A stretch of DNA of 64,000 bases from an uncultured Candidatus Saccharibacteria bacterium (GTDB taxonomy: Bacteria > Patescibacteriota > Saccharimonadia > UBA4664 > CAZJNH01), in contig CAZJNH010000004.1 in NCBI GenBank assembly GCA_964547425.1, forward strand, positions 7,226 through 71,225. The letters are read 5' to 3'. This document shows, piece by piece, positions 29,100 to 38,625 of the stretch. Positions within the stretch are counted from its first letter, which is position 1; every line of letters starts with the position of its first letter. The position numbers and the translations under genes were made by a program. The notes beneath the pieces are model-generated. The model searched no databases and was not told the DNA's origin. It saw only the letters and a program-made list of their open reading frames with translations.

Positions 29100-31001
29100 T
29101 TACGAAGCGGCGGGCTTTTGACGTAGTTTACCTTTGCCTTTGGTGGCCGGTTCGTCGGCGGTGTGTTCCCCGACTTCCTGGGTTGGCGACACCGAACCTT
29201 TTGGCTCTCCCATTAGTTCGAGGAAAGCCGGGCCTTCAATGGTTTCTTCTTTCATTAACCGCGCGGCAATCTCCTTAACCTTCGGCTTGTACTTCGCCAC
29301 GACTGTGTGGGCACGGCTGGTGGCTTCGTCGATCAAACCGGCTACCTCTTCGTCGATCATTTTGGCGACGTCTTCAGAGTAGTTTTTCATTTCGGAAAAG
29401 TCGCGGCCAAGGAAAATGGCGTCGGATTGCGAGCCGAACACGCGGTTACGCAGTTTAGCGTTACCGCTCATTCCGTAGTCCATCACCATCCGCCGGGCTA
29501 AACCGGTAGCGTTTTGGATATCGTTTGAAGCACCGGTAGTAATCTCGTTGTAGAAAATTTTCTCGGCGACACGGCCGCCCATCATCATTGCGAGCTCGTC
29601 CTTAAAATCGGCCACGGTGTGCATATGCTTGTCCTCGGCCGGCAAGCTCCAGGTAAATCCACCAGCGCTGCCGCGGGAGACGATCGAAACTTTGTGGACC
29701 GGGTGGGTGTTGGGCAATACGTGCGAAACGATAGCGTGCCCGGCTTCGTGATAGGCGGTAATCTCTTTTTCCTTAGCATTCAATACGTGGCTTTTGCGTT
29801 CCGGGCCGAGCAGGACTTTTTCGACGGAGTGATGAAGATCCTGCTGGGTAACCTTCTTGCGGTTAAAGCGGGCAGCGAGGATGGCTGCTTCGTTCATTAA
29901 GTTGGCCAAGTCAGCGCCGGAAAAGCCGGGGGTTTTTTTGGCGATTTCATTAAGATCGACTTCGGGTGCCAACGGTTTGCCTTTCGAATGAACGTCCAAT
30001 ATATCTTGGCGGTTTTTGAGATCCGGAGCGTCAAGGGTCACTCGCCGGTCAAAGCGCCCTGGGCGCAAAAGCGCTGGATCCAAAACGTCGGGCCGGTTGG
30101 TGGCGGCCATGACGATCACGTTGGTGCCTTGCTCGAATCCGTCCATCTCGGTCAGAATCTGGTTTAGGGTTTGCTCGCGCTCGTCGTGACCCCCGCCCAT
30201 GCCGGTACCGCGCTGGCGGCCGACAGCGTCGATTTCGTCGATGAAGATAATGCAGGGCGCGTTTTTCTTGGCCTTCATAAACAGGTCGCGGACACGAGAA
30301 GCACCAACACCGACGAACATTTCGACAAACTCCGAGCCGGAGATGCTAAAAAACGGCACTCCGGCTTCACCGGCCACCGCCCGGGCGAGCATCGTCTTAC
30401 CGGTTCCCGGAGGCCCGAACAGCAAGACGCCTTTGGGGATTTTGGCTCCCAGCGCTTCAAATTTGCTGGGATATTTTAAGAACTCGACGATTTCCGATAA
30501 TTCCTGTTTGGCCTCCTCCGACCCGGCAACGTCGGCGAAGGTTACCTTCTTTTTGTCGCTGCCGAATAGGCGCGCGCGGCTTTTGCCGAAGCTCATCGCC
30601 TGGTTACTGCTGCCCTGAGCCTGGCGCATCATAAAGTAGAAGAAGCCGATGATCACAATAATCGGCAGTAAGGTTATGGCGATGTCGAGGAAACGGCTCG
30701 AACCGGACACCGGGTTTTTGACGTTGACGGTAACCTTGCGCAGGTCTATCCCATAATCACTAAGCTTCGCGGAGTCTTCTTTGTTGGCCGACTGCTTCGG
30801 CGCGCTGCCATCTTTTAAGGTGATGAGCAGATGGCTGCCGGTGACATCGATGTGGTCGACTTTGTTGTCGCTAACCTCGTTGGCGACTTGGGACAGGTTG
30901 ACCTCTTGGGTCTTGGTCTGGGTGCCAGACATGACAAATAAAACCGCTAAGACTAGCAGTCCGACAACTAGAAAAATAAATTGCTTCTTCGGTACCTTCA
31001 T
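29100..31001 (-). CDS. ftsH: ATP-dependent zinc metalloprotease FtsH
   Basis: AAA Walker A GPPGTGKT, second region of homology, and the HEAGHA zinc motif. Confidence 0.97.
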   Translation of the reverse strand: MKVPKKQFIFLVVGLLVLAVLFVMSGTQTKTQEVNLSQVANEVSDNKVDHIDVTGSHLLITLKDGSAPKQSANKEDSAKLSDYGIDLRKVTVNVKNPVSGSSRFLDIAITLLPIIVIIGFFYFMMRQAQGSSNQAMSFGKSRARLFGSDKKKVTFADVAGSEEAKQELSEIVEFLKYPSKFEALGAKIPKGVLLFGPPGTGKTMLARAVAGEAGVPFFSISGSEFVEMFVGVGASRVRDLFMKAKKNAPCIIFIDEIDAVGRQRGTGMGGGHDEREQTLNQILTEMDGFEQGTNVIVMAATNRPDVLDPALLRPGRFDRRVTLDAPDLKNRQDILDVHSKGKPLAPEVDLNEIAKKTPGFSGADLANLMNEAAILAARFNRKKVTQQDLHHSVEKVLLGPERKSHVLNAKEKEITAYHEAGHAIVSHVLPNTHPVHKVSIVSRGSAGGFTWSLPAEDKHMHTVADFKDELAMMMGGRVAEKIFYNEITTGASNDIQNATGLARRMVMDYGMSGNAKLRNRVFGSQSDAIFLGRDFSEMKNYSEDVAKMIDEEVAGLIDEATSRAHTVVAKYKPKVKEIAARLMKEETIEGPAFLELMGEPKGSVSPTQEVGEHTADEPATKGKGKLRQKPAAS

Positions 31002-31005
31002 TTAA

Positions 31006-31950
31006 TCACCCGCGTTTTATCAGATTGGAAGCCGCTGCCGCCCGCGGCAAAGCAACTGCCACTCTATCATAGCGGACTTCGAGTGACAACCGTCCGGCGA
31101 CGTCCCTTTTAATGCCCGTCCGCCCGGTTTTGGCCGACAGCGCCAGTTCCGTTAACTGCTTCCTGGTTAACTGCAAACCGGGTTCAAGCTGCCGGATCGC
31201 GGTTAAAAGCAATTCGGCGATGACCGCCAAGGACTGCTCGCGCATCCAGCCACGCGCGAAGCTAACACCTCCGGGAATCGGTTTGATCAGCTCCTCAAGC
31301 TGGCGGTCCAGTTCCTTACTGATTACGGCGGATAATCGCGCGGATTCTCGGTAGGATTGGAGTAGTTCGGGGAGCGCCCGTTCGGCAAAGATTAGTAGTT
31401 CCCGGCGTATGAAGTTGCGGCTGATATCGAGGTTTGAGTTAGTGCTGTCTTCACGCCAGGGCAAACTCTGGGCGGCGGCATAATCGGCGATTTCAGCTTT
31501 GGTTACTTCCCTAAAGGGCCGATAAATTCCTGGCCGGTCCGTAGCCGATAAGCGGCCCCGGCGATCGGTTCCCCTGGCCAGGTTGAACCACCCGGTTTCG
31601 AGCCGGTCATCGGAGTGATGAGCGGTGATAACTCCCGCAGCGCCGGTCTGGGCGGCCACACTATAAAGGAAGTCGTACCGTTGGCCGCGAGCAGCCGCTT
31701 CGCTATCGATAGTAGAGTTAGGTTTGCCCAAATAGGTTGGTAGACCCAGAATTGTCGCCAGCGACTCAACAGCTTCGGCATCCAGTTGCGAATCGGCTCG
31801 CCAGCCATGGTCAAAGTGGGCCACAACCAAATCGAGATCCCGCCGTTTGGCGAGGATATCAAGCAGAGAAATCGAATCTACTCCGCCAGAGACAGCCACG
31901 ACGTACTTCCCGGCCGGCGGGTATTTAACACGAGTCAAAAGCATAACCAT
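31006..31950 (-). CDS. tilS: tRNA(Ile)-lysidine synthetase TilS
   Basis: PP-loop SGGVDS. Its position upstream of ftsH is conserved. Confidence 0.85.
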   Translation of the reverse strand: MVMLLTRVKYPPAGKYVVAVSGGVDSISLLDILAKRRDLDLVVAHFDHGWRADSQLDAEAVESLATILGLPTYLGKPNSTIDSEAAARGQRYDFLYSVAAQTGAAGVITAHHSDDRLETGWFNLARGTDRRGRLSATDRPGIYRPFREVTKAEIADYAAAQSLPWREDSTNSNLDISRNFIRRELLIFAERALPELLQSYRESARLSAVISKELDRQLEELIKPIPGGVSFARGWMREQSLAVIAELLLTAIRQLEPGLQLTRKQLTELALSAKTGRTGIKRDVAGRLSLEVRYDRVAVALPRAAAASNLIKRG

Positions 31951-32006
31951 ATTTTACCAGTAAAAGGTTCGGTCCCGTCGCCTTGTGGGCAACGGGACCG
32001 ATCGAT

Positions 32007-32465
32007 CTACAGCACCGCGCTGACGGCCAGCGCCTCGTACGGCGTCAGGAATTCCCCTACGGCCTCAAGATCACGCTCGATCACTTTGAACTCCGGTGCG
32101 GTGATCAGTACGAAGATCTTGTCGTGGATCCGCTCGGCGTTGTGAATCTTGATTCGCTTCGCGGAAAGGTGGCCGTTCCTGGAGAGCGTCAGCTCAACGT
32201 ACTGTTGAGGCCAATACTCTGAGGGTGTTACCGGGAAGTCCGGGCAGATGCCGTACTCGACTTCTTTCCCATCCTCGTCCTCGAACTGAGTTGGAAAGAA
32301 GAGATTCTCGTAGTCATGCTTGGCATGTACGAGATTCAACGCCGCATCAAGCACCTGCTCGCTTTCGTTTAGTGCGTTACGAGGATTGAGCGGCGGTCGG
32401 GGTGTAAAGCGTGGGTCCCATCGCGCAGCTGCTATTTCGGCTGGCGTAAGGCGTCGGATTCCCAA
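32007..32465 (-). CDS. hypothetical protein (GC-rich)
   Basis: A 152-aa ORF with no recognisable motif. Confidence 0.35.
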   Translation of the reverse strand: MGIRRLTPAEIAAARWDPRFTPRPPLNPRNALNESEQVLDAALNLVHAKHDYENLFFPTQFEDEDGKEVEYGICPDFPVTPSEYWPQQYVELTLSRNGHLSAKRIKIHNAERIHDKIFVLITAPEFKVIERDLEAVGEFLTPYEALAVSAVL

Positions 32466-32636
32466 GTAGTTCCTCCTTGCCGGGTATCAAAAAACCGCTT
32501 CCCTAGAAAGCGGCCGGTGCTGGGGTGCATGGCAAACCGAGAGCGAAGTTAATCACTATTCGGCTTGTCACTGACACCTCATGACCTAATTATGATGGCA
32601 GCATAAGCGGTATGTCAATTTTGTTAAAAAAGAAAC

Positions 32637-33226
32637 CGCCCGCCTTCGTACTCATGTTCGGGTTTCCCCGATCACAAGCCTCCGGCGGGCGGGTTCAGAA
32701 GGAGCAGAAACTGGATGGACCTGACGGACCGAGATCACAGATCGAGATTCGTCCTTTCGGACAGCCTCTGTAGCCGCAACACGGACCGCCTGGACTTTGT
32801 TTAGCGCTACCTTACGGTGCATTCCCTTGTGAGGTTTGCTCTTTGGGGCAGCCTGTGGTCTTACCTTTCCCCGTTATCTTAGCGACCGAAGTCACCTTGC
32901 CGGTTCCAGTTATCCCACACTCTCCTGAGCTTTCGCTCCCTCCAGGCTATCCTCGTTGAGCCTTAGCTTCCGACGAATCGGCTTAGCGTTGGCTCGAGGT
33001 CCAGCTCCTTCTCCTTCTGAAGTCTCGTAAGCAACGGTGCCAGCTTCAGCCCGGAGGCTAAAGCAGGCATCGCTGCCTACAAAACTGGTGTAAATTGCAA
33101 AGAACGTAAGCGATAGGATATCAAAACGCCAATGGCGCGCTATCGTCAGGACCTTCAAAAATCCAGCCTAAAACGCTTATTTTTTTATGTAAATTTTTAA
33201 AGCTTACGCTTACTCACTCAACAAAA
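32637..33226 (-). ncRNA. candidate large structured noncoding RNA (class unassigned)
   Basis: Roughly 590 nt with no ORF of 100 aa or more on either strand. It ends at a strong terminator (CCGCCCGCC…GGCGGGCGG TTTCTTTTTT on the minus strand) and sits between tRNA-Met and a protein gene. Confidence 0.35.
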
Positions 33227-33301
33227 TGGTGGCTGTGGGTGGATTTGAACCACCGACCAACGGCTTATGAGTCCGCTGCTCTACCACTGAGCTACACAGC
33301 C
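33227..33301 (-). tRNA. tRNA-Met(CAU), elongator type
   Basis: GGCTGTGTAGCTCAGTGGTAGAGCAGCGGACTCATAAGCCGTTGGTCGGTGGTTCAAATCCACCCACAGCCACCA. It has U4-A69 as in tRNA-Met, with one A31·G39 mismatch in the anticodon stem. Confidence 0.75.
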
Positions 33302-33467
33302 GCACTGGCGGTCGGGTTGGATGGTGGCTCCGCCACCTCCCTGCGGTGCTCGGTAAGAACTAATCAATCTTACTTCTTACCTGCGCTCCTCGTCCACCGA
33401 ACCTGCGGTTCTTCATCCAACCAATCACTAAACAAGGCCCACATCCGGATTAACCGGCTGCGGGCCT

Positions 33468-33542
33468 TGGTAGCGGGGGTTGGATTCGAACCAACGACCT
33501 CCGGGTTATGAGCCCGACGAGCTGCCACTGCTCTACCCCGCG
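33468..33542 (-). tRNA. initiator tRNA-fMet(CAU)
   Basis: CGCGGGGTAGAGCAGTGGCAGCTCGTCGGGCTCATAACCCGGAGGTCGTTGGTTCGAATCCAACCCCCGCTACCA. It shows an unpaired 1:72 (C·U), A11:U24, and three G-C pairs closing the anticodon stem. It is near-identical to E. coli tRNA-fMet. Confidence 0.85.
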
Positions 33543-33587
33543 GCACAACATAGCAATATAGCACTTTATATCTGGAGGGTCAACGCG

Positions 33588-33968
33588 TCAGCCAAAGAGG
33601 AAGTGCCACCACTGTACCCAGTTAGCCGTTTTGGAGGTTTTTGTTTTAGCGGCCTCGGCTGGCGTTTGAGTGGCGGAGATTTTATCCCTCGGCAATATAA
33701 CTAGGGTTTCGCCGGGTTTTTGCAAGCCCAGTTTAGCCCTGGCAGCCTTTTCTTTATAGGCGTCGGTTTTGTAATACTCAATCTGATAGCCCAGCTCGGC
33801 GTTGTCTTCCTTTAGCTGGGAGACATCTCTTTGTAATTGCCCAATCTGCCCCTGAAGACTGGCGTTGTTGCGCACGGTCTGGACTAAAATGATTGCTAAG
33901 TAGATCGAAGATATTACTCCAGCTAAGCTAACAAACTTGTTGACCACGCTCTGATTTGGTTTCACCAC
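33588..33968 (-). CDS. septum formation initiator family protein (FtsB/DivIC-like)
   Basis: A single TM helix followed by a coiled coil (LQGQIGQLQRDVSQLKEDNAELGYQIEYYK). Confidence 0.6.
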   Translation of the reverse strand: MVKPNQSVVNKFVSLAGVISSIYLAIILVQTVRNNASLQGQIGQLQRDVSQLKEDNAELGYQIEYYKTDAYKEKAARAKLGLQKPGETLVILPRDKISATQTPAEAAKTKTSKTANWVQWWHFLFG

Positions 33969-34037
33969 TTAATTCTAACTTAAAACCATAAGCTTCTATA
34001 TTAAAGAAGTTGTTTGCTAAACTTAAGCCACCGCTGT

Positions 34038-34113
34038 GGGCCGGTAGCTCAGCGGTTAGAGCAGCGGGCTCATAACCTGTTGGTCGTAGGTTCGAATCCT
34101 ACCCGGCCCACCA
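34038..34113 (+). tRNA. tRNA-Ile2 (CAU to lysidine), or second tRNA-Met
   Basis: GGGCCGGTAGCTCAGCGGTTAGAGCAGCGGGCTCATAACCTGTTGGTCGTAGGTTCGAATCCTACCCGGCCCACCA. The C4-G69 and C5-G68 acceptor pairs are those preferred by TilS. Confidence 0.7.
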
Positions 34114-34273
34114 TTTTCCATCAGATTGCACAACGATTTGGCAATTATCTCTCGGTTACCGTTCCGCTTATGCTTAATTAAATCTATCTCTTGAAGGGCC
34201 AAGCGTATCTGTCTGACATACATCACGATGCGCTCGCCGGCGAGGTTGGTTAAGTTAGACGCCTCATTAACAT

Positions 34274-34588
34274 TTGGGAGGCGGTATGGCTCAAGACGGC
34301 CAAACCAAAGGCCCAGGCCGCGGATGGCACAAAGACCCGGAAGGGCACGCCCGAGCCGGTAAACTGGGTGGTGAAAAAGTCCTCGAGGAGCGAGGCAATG
34401 AATTCTATGCCGAGATCGGCCAGCAAGGCGGCTCGGTCAGCCCAGGTAACTTCAAAAACGACCCGGAAAGAGCTAGCGAAGCTGGTAAGAAAGGTGGCCA
34501 AAATAGCCACGGCAGCGCAAATCAGACCAGTATCGAAAGCCGCGAGCAGGATCAGTTTTACGAAGAGCTCAACCGTAGCCTGGAGTAA
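34274..34588 (+). CDS. KGG-repeat general stress protein (YciG-like)
   Basis: Repeated units DPEGHARAGKLGGEK and DPERASEAGKKGGQ. Confidence 0.65.
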   Translation: MGGGMAQDGQTKGPGRGWHKDPEGHARAGKLGGEKVLEERGNEFYAEIGQQGGSVSPGNFKNDPERASEAGKKGGQNSHGSANQTSIESREQDQFYEELNRSLE

Positions 34589-34633
34589 AAAGAAAAGCCC
34601 CCGGTGTGGGGGTTTTTCTTTTATCGGTGTTTT

Positions 34634-34831
34634 TTAGCCTTTTTTGAGGATCGGCAGGCCGGTGCGGGAGTTTTCGATCACCTTGTAGCCGTCAGGCAGT
34701 TCATCCATGGCGCCGGGGCGAACGTCGCGGGCGAAGAAGTAAATCCGCTGTTGGCGGCCGCCCTTTAGGGTTACGTCCTTCATGTGAAGGTTGTAGGTCT
34801 GACCTTTTGAGTTGGTGTGCTGAAAAGCCAT
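34634..34831 (-). CDS. small hypothetical protein (65 aa)
   Basis: A compact, basic β-rich sequence following the bidirectional terminator at 34593-34625. Confidence 0.35.
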   Translation of the reverse strand: MAFQHTNSKGQTYNLHMKDVTLKGGRQQRIYFFARDVRPGAMDELPDGYKVIENSRTGLPILKKG

Positions 34832-34901
34832 TGTTATTCCTTATTTACTTGATATACCCAGATTAAGCTAAGCTCAACAGGTTTGTCAATCTGTAAAAAC
34901 T

Positions 34902-35516
34902 CTAATTTTGCGGCGTATTTTGCGCCTGTTTTAGCTGCTCAACCAATTCCGTCGAGTTAAACGCCACTCTATAAAGGATAAAACACAGTGCCATATCAAG
35001 CGCGCCCAGAAGAACCGGGATCACCAAAGTCACTAGTGCTATGCCCTTCCCTGAGCTTAAGGTCTGATGAAAACTCCGCAAAAGCATCGGTACCAGCCAC
35101 CAGCGGTTTAAGCCTAATAGGACGAGCAGCAAGATTAAAAAACCGCTTTTGAGCAGAGGCGCGGTCAGCCGGTCAAACAAAGAGCCTTTGTTGGCGTACT
35201 CCGACTCAACGACGATTTCATTGCGGGCTTCGATGACGGCGTTAATAATCGCCCAAACGATGGTGTAGGCGATCAAACCCACTCCGCTCCAAAAAATCAC
35301 GATCACGGCTGTGCTGGCGACCGGAATCCTTGTTAAACCCCCAAGAATACCGAGGTAATCGCCGCTTTGGACATCCGATGATATCATCGCCCCTGAGACC
35401 CGGTAGATCACCAGCGCAATGTTGATACCGGTAAACACAAACAGGCTGACTAATAGATAAGTAATCGCTTCCAGCGGACTAGGTAGGACAAGCGATCGCC
35501 AGGAGGTTCTAACCAT
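34902..35516 (-). CDS. membrane protein, function unknown
   Basis: 204 aa with 5-6 TM helices. Confidence 0.4.
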   Translation of the reverse strand: MVRTSWRSLVLPSPLEAITYLLVSLFVFTGINIALVIYRVSGAMISSDVQSGDYLGILGGLTRIPVASTAVIVIFWSGVGLIAYTIVWAIINAVIEARNEIVVESEYANKGSLFDRLTAPLLKSGFLILLLVLLGLNRWWLVPMLLRSFHQTLSSGKGIALVTLVIPVLLGALDMALCFILYRVAFNSTELVEQLKQAQNTPQN

Positions 35517-35542
35517 AAGTAGAGTATATATGAAGGCCGGTT

Positions 35543-35863
35543 TTAATGCCTACGGCGACCGTGACGGATGAGATATAGGAGGATGGAAAATCCGGCGCCG
35601 TAAAGAGCACTGAAAACGATTAAGCCGACCGCGACCCCGGGGTTGAAGTTGGTAAACAAAGTATGGAAGGGCGCCAGCGCGAAGGAAATTTTTTCGTCCC
35701 CCATCACCTTTGGGCTGCCCAGAACCGTGACCAGCAGGTTGAAATTAAACAGCCAAAGTATCAGCCATAGCACCGACAGCGCAAGTAGCGTCGCCAGTAC
35801 GGAGTAAGACGGGATGAAGATGATGTGAAATGCGGTAGTTAAACGAGACTTAAAAGAGCTCAT
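35543..35863 (-). CDS. small membrane protein
   Basis: 106 aa with 3 TM helices. It overlaps the dsbA-like gene by 4 nt. Confidence 0.35.
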   Translation of the reverse strand: MSSFKSRLTTAFHIIFIPSYSVLATLLALSVLWLILWLFNFNLLVTVLGSPKVMGDEKISFALAPFHTLFTNFNPGVAVGLIVFSALYGAGFSILLYLIRHGRRRH

Positions 35864-36516
35864 AGCTGCGCCTCGATGGCCGGTTTCACGACCGAATAAG
35901 GCTGTAAGCCCTGAACCGCCTGCCCGCCGATCTCGAAGATGGTTAAGCCAAAGCCGGCTCGGGCGGCATCGTTAACTTCATCACCAACGATCCCTTTGTA
36001 CTGCCCGCTATCCAGGCATTTGTCGAACTGCGGTTGGTTGATTAATTCATAAGAGCTGGCGGCCAGGCGCTTGAGGTGACTGGCATCCAACGCGCCTATA
36101 TTGCGTCCTGTTAGACCACGAGACCAGAAGTTATTGTTCATATAGATTAAGGTCGCGTCAAAAAACTGCGGGAAAAAGCCTTGATCGTTGGCACAGCGAG
36201 TAGCTTGGGCCGCCTGCAGCGACTCTGGTCCGAGGCTTGGGTCATTTACCCAGTCGATTTTGACCTGGCCGGCATAGTCGCGGCGGACATCGGCCAGAAC
36301 CGAAGCATAGAAGCGGCTGCACTTGGAGCACTGAAAATCACCATAGACCCGAACCGTTAGTTTTGCCTCGGGCAGGCCAATGATAAGGGCTGGGTGCGAC
36401 GTAGGCGGAGTCATATCATCCATGATCGGAGGGGCAGGTTTTGAAGAGCCGCCGACCTTTATGATCAAGGCTGCTAAGCCGAGCACCATGCCAATTATCA
36501 GTAAATACTTTTGCAC
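35860..36516 (-). CDS. DsbA-family thiol:disulfide oxidoreductase
   Basis: N-terminal anchor plus a thioredoxin fold with the active site VYGDFQCSKCSRF (CxxC). Confidence 0.75.
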   Translation of the reverse strand: MQKYLLIIGMVLGLAALIIKVGGSSKPAPPIMDDMTPPTSHPALIIGLPEAKLTVRVYGDFQCSKCSRFYASVLADVRRDYAGQVKIDWVNDPSLGPESLQAAQATRCANDQGFFPQFFDATLIYMNNNFWSRGLTGRNIGALDASHLKRLAASSYELINQPQFDKCLDSGQYKGIVGDEVNDAARAGFGLTIFEIGGQAVQGLQPYSVVKPAIEAQL

Positions 36517-36587
36517 CGCCCAATTTTAACAGGTGAAGCGACTAAGCTATAATGCCTATAAACATTATGTTAAGGAGGGCGCGAAAA

Positions 36588-36716
36588 ATGGCATACGGTA
36601 AAAAATCCAAGAAGTTTTGGATAGTGGTTTATTTGATTGCCGCTGTAGTTATTTATGGAGCAATTTATTACTTCATCAAGCATCACGGTGGCAGTACCGG
36701 CGGTAGCCTCTACTAA
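36588..36716 (+). CDS. small membrane protein (42 aa)
   Basis: A perfect TATAAT lies at 36547-36553 and an AAGGAGGG Shine-Dalgarno 8 nt before the ATG. The product is MAYGKKSKKFWIVVYLIAAVVIYGAIYYFIKHHGGSTGGSLY. It is absent from the ORF track because it is under 60 aa. Confidence 0.45.
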   Translation: MAYGKKSKKFWIVVYLIAAVVIYGAIYYFIKHHGGSTGGSLY

Positions 36717-36720
36717 GTTC

Positions 36721-37398
36721 CTAGGGCCAGTTATAGCCTGGGAAGTAATCTGTCTTAATGTCCCGTTCTGGGACATTAAGCTTTTTCAGGGTAGTTTCGA
36801 AGCCTTCAACCATCGGTTCGGGGCCGGAGATCCAAAAGGTTGGATGGTCGGGCAGGAATTCTTTTAGTAACGCTTCGTCGATCCGCTGAGGCTCAACCAG
36901 ATAACGGGTCCGAAACTCCGGATGGCGCCCCGCCATTTCCTCCAGCTCAGTTTGAAACACAAACTCGTCGGTGCGGTTGCCGTAGAGCAAGCTGACATTC
37001 AGCGGCTGGCCGTCATGGTCGAGCTGTTTGAGGATCGACCGGTAAGGTGTAATCCCAATGCCGCCGGCGATAAAGACATGCTGCTTGGTTGGGTCATCCA
37101 TTATAAAATCACCGCCGGTTTTGATTGCCTCGATACTCTGCCCCGGCTGCAGGCCATCTAACGCGTGCTTAAAAGTCGATCCCTTCGGACTCAGCCGAGT
37201 AGTAATCCGAGTCGCCCCCTCAAACGGCGCGGCCGAAATAGTGAAAAACCGCCGGTCCTTGCGGTCATCCGGATGCTCATGGGGTAGCACGTAAATACAG
37301 TACTGGCCGGCCTGCCAAACCAGTTCCGGATTGGGTTTAAAGAAAAACGAAGTGGCGTCTCCAGCTTCCGGCGATTTATGGTCGAGGATGAGCTGCAT
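36721..37398 (-). CDS. FAD/NAD(P)-binding oxidoreductase (ferredoxin-NADP reductase-like)
   Basis: RFFTISAAP (RxYS-type FAD motif) and FIAGGIGITP (NAD(P) motif). Confidence 0.7.
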   Translation of the reverse strand: MQLILDHKSPEAGDATSFFFKPNPELVWQAGQYCIYVLPHEHPDDRKDRRFFTISAAPFEGATRITTRLSPKGSTFKHALDGLQPGQSIEAIKTGGDFIMDDPTKQHVFIAGGIGITPYRSILKQLDHDGQPLNVSLLYGNRTDEFVFQTELEEMAGRHPEFRTRYLVEPQRIDEALLKEFLPDHPTFWISGPEPMVEGFETTLKKLNVPERDIKTDYFPGYNWP

Positions 37399-37815
37399 TT
37401 ATTGGACTACGATGGTTCCCATAATCCCGGAGTCCAGGTGGTCGTGGTAACCCCAGCTGCCCTTTTTGACGAAGGTAAAGCTGTAGCTCTCCCCTTTACC
37501 AAGGCCCTTACCGGCATCAAACCCAGGCAAGTCGGTGTGGGTCGGGTGAGGATTTGAAGCCGGCCAAACTGGCGTGTCACTGTTGTTGGTAAAGGTTACC
37601 GTAGTACCTGACTTAACGGTTAGGGTGGATGGTGAAAACGAACTGCCGTCGAAGGTTACAGTGTTACCGTGCGCGGCCGGAGTGGCGGCGGTAGGAGTAG
37701 TGGTAGAAGATGCCGGAGTTGCCTGAGGTGTGGCGGTCTTTGTCCGATGAGTTGCCCACCAAGCGCCTCCGCCCAGAACTGCCAGTACGATGATCGTAAT
37801 TACTGCTTTTTTCAT
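37399..37815 (-). CDS. secreted cupredoxin-like domain protein
   Basis: A signal/TM anchor and Thr/Pro-rich linker precede a β-sandwich ending in the His cluster WGYHDHLDSGIMG. Its stop abuts the start of the oxidoreductase gene. Confidence 0.45.
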   Translation of the reverse strand: MKKAVITIIVLAVLGGGAWWATHRTKTATPQATPASSTTTPTAATPAAHGNTVTFDGSSFSPSTLTVKSGTTVTFTNNSDTPVWPASNPHPTHTDLPGFDAGKGLGKGESYSFTFVKKGSWGYHDHLDSGIMGTIVVQ

Positions 37816-37833
37816 TCTAAGTTCCTCCTTAAT

Positions 37834-38625
37834 TTAGTCTGTCTGGCGAAAAGCTAAGGTTGAAAGCCCGATCAGAACGAGCGCGAAACCGATCGTTACC
37901 AGAAGATCTAACCCAAGACCGGAGTGGCTGCCGACCCTCAGATAAAGCTGGCTGGCTTGAGGCGGCAGATTCGAGGTCGAAAATACGACCCGGCGCAGTA
38001 TGTCGACGGCGTAGGAAACCGGATTAACCTTGGAGGCAATATCGAGCCAGCGCGGCAAATTGATTAACGGGAAGACGGCGCCGGACAGGAATATCAGCGG
38101 AAAGGTGATGAACTGGAAGATGTACTGGCCGGAGTCGATCGAGCGCAGCCGGGCAACTATCGTTACACCTAGCGCCGATAGGGCCAAGGCCATCAAAAAC
38201 ATCGCCGGAATCAGCTCAACTACCAGCCTGACACTTAGGTGGATACCGACTAGCGGTGCGAAGATGAGAATAGTTAGAGCCTGGATACAGGCAGTAGTCG
38301 CGCCGCCAAGCACCTTACCGACCGCGATGGCTGTTCGGGGAATCGGCGCTACCAAAATTTCTTTTAGGAAGCCAAACTCCCGGTCCTGCAGGATCGACAC
38401 AGCGGCAAACGACGCCACGAAAATCAAGTTCTGGGCGATTATGCCCGGAAAAAGGAATTGGACAAATTTGATGCCTGGGATCGGCAAAGCCAGTGAAGAC
38501 GAAATACCATTACCGAAAATCAACAGCCAGAGGATTGGGAACGACAGGCCGGAAACGACGCGGATTTTGTTGCGCCAAAAACGCAGAATGTCACGGTACC
38601 AGATAATGAATATGCCTTTAATCAT
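37834..38625 (-). CDS. ABC-2 type transporter permease
   Basis: 6 TM helices in ABC-2 family topology. It overlaps the ATPase gene by 4 nt. Confidence 0.75.
   Translation of the reverse strand: MIKGIFIIWYRDILRFWRNKIRVVSGLSFPILWLLIFGNGISSSLALPIPGIKFVQFLFPGIIAQNLIFVASFAAVSILQDREFGFLKEILVAPIPRTAIAVGKVLGGATTACIQALTILIFAPLVGIHLSVRLVVELIPAMFLMALALSALGVTIVARLRSIDSGQYIFQFITFPLIFLSGAVFPLINLPRWLDIASKVNPVSYAVDILRRVVFSTSNLPPQASQLYLRVGSHSGLGLDLLVTIGFALVLIGLSTLAFRQTD

Noticed and set aside
32790-32830. A CCGUAAGGUAGCG motif resembling a conserved 23S rRNA segment
   Set aside because: The match is 13 nt only and the flanks diverge immediately. No other rRNA signatures are nearby.
32470-33226. Tried to assign the noncoding region to RNase P RNA, tmRNA or SRP RNA
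   Set aside because: Only short partial resemblances turned up, such as AAAGUCCAGGCGGUCC, AGAGCAAACC and UCAGGUCC. They are in the wrong order for RNase P. There is no tRNA-like T-arm or CCA end for tmRNA, and no GGAA-tetraloop helix 8 for SRP RNA. Left as unclassified.
33239-33564. ORFs of 90 and 64 aa overlapping the tRNA-Met/tRNA-fMet region
   Set aside because: They are read through or antisense to clear tRNA genes, so they are spurious.
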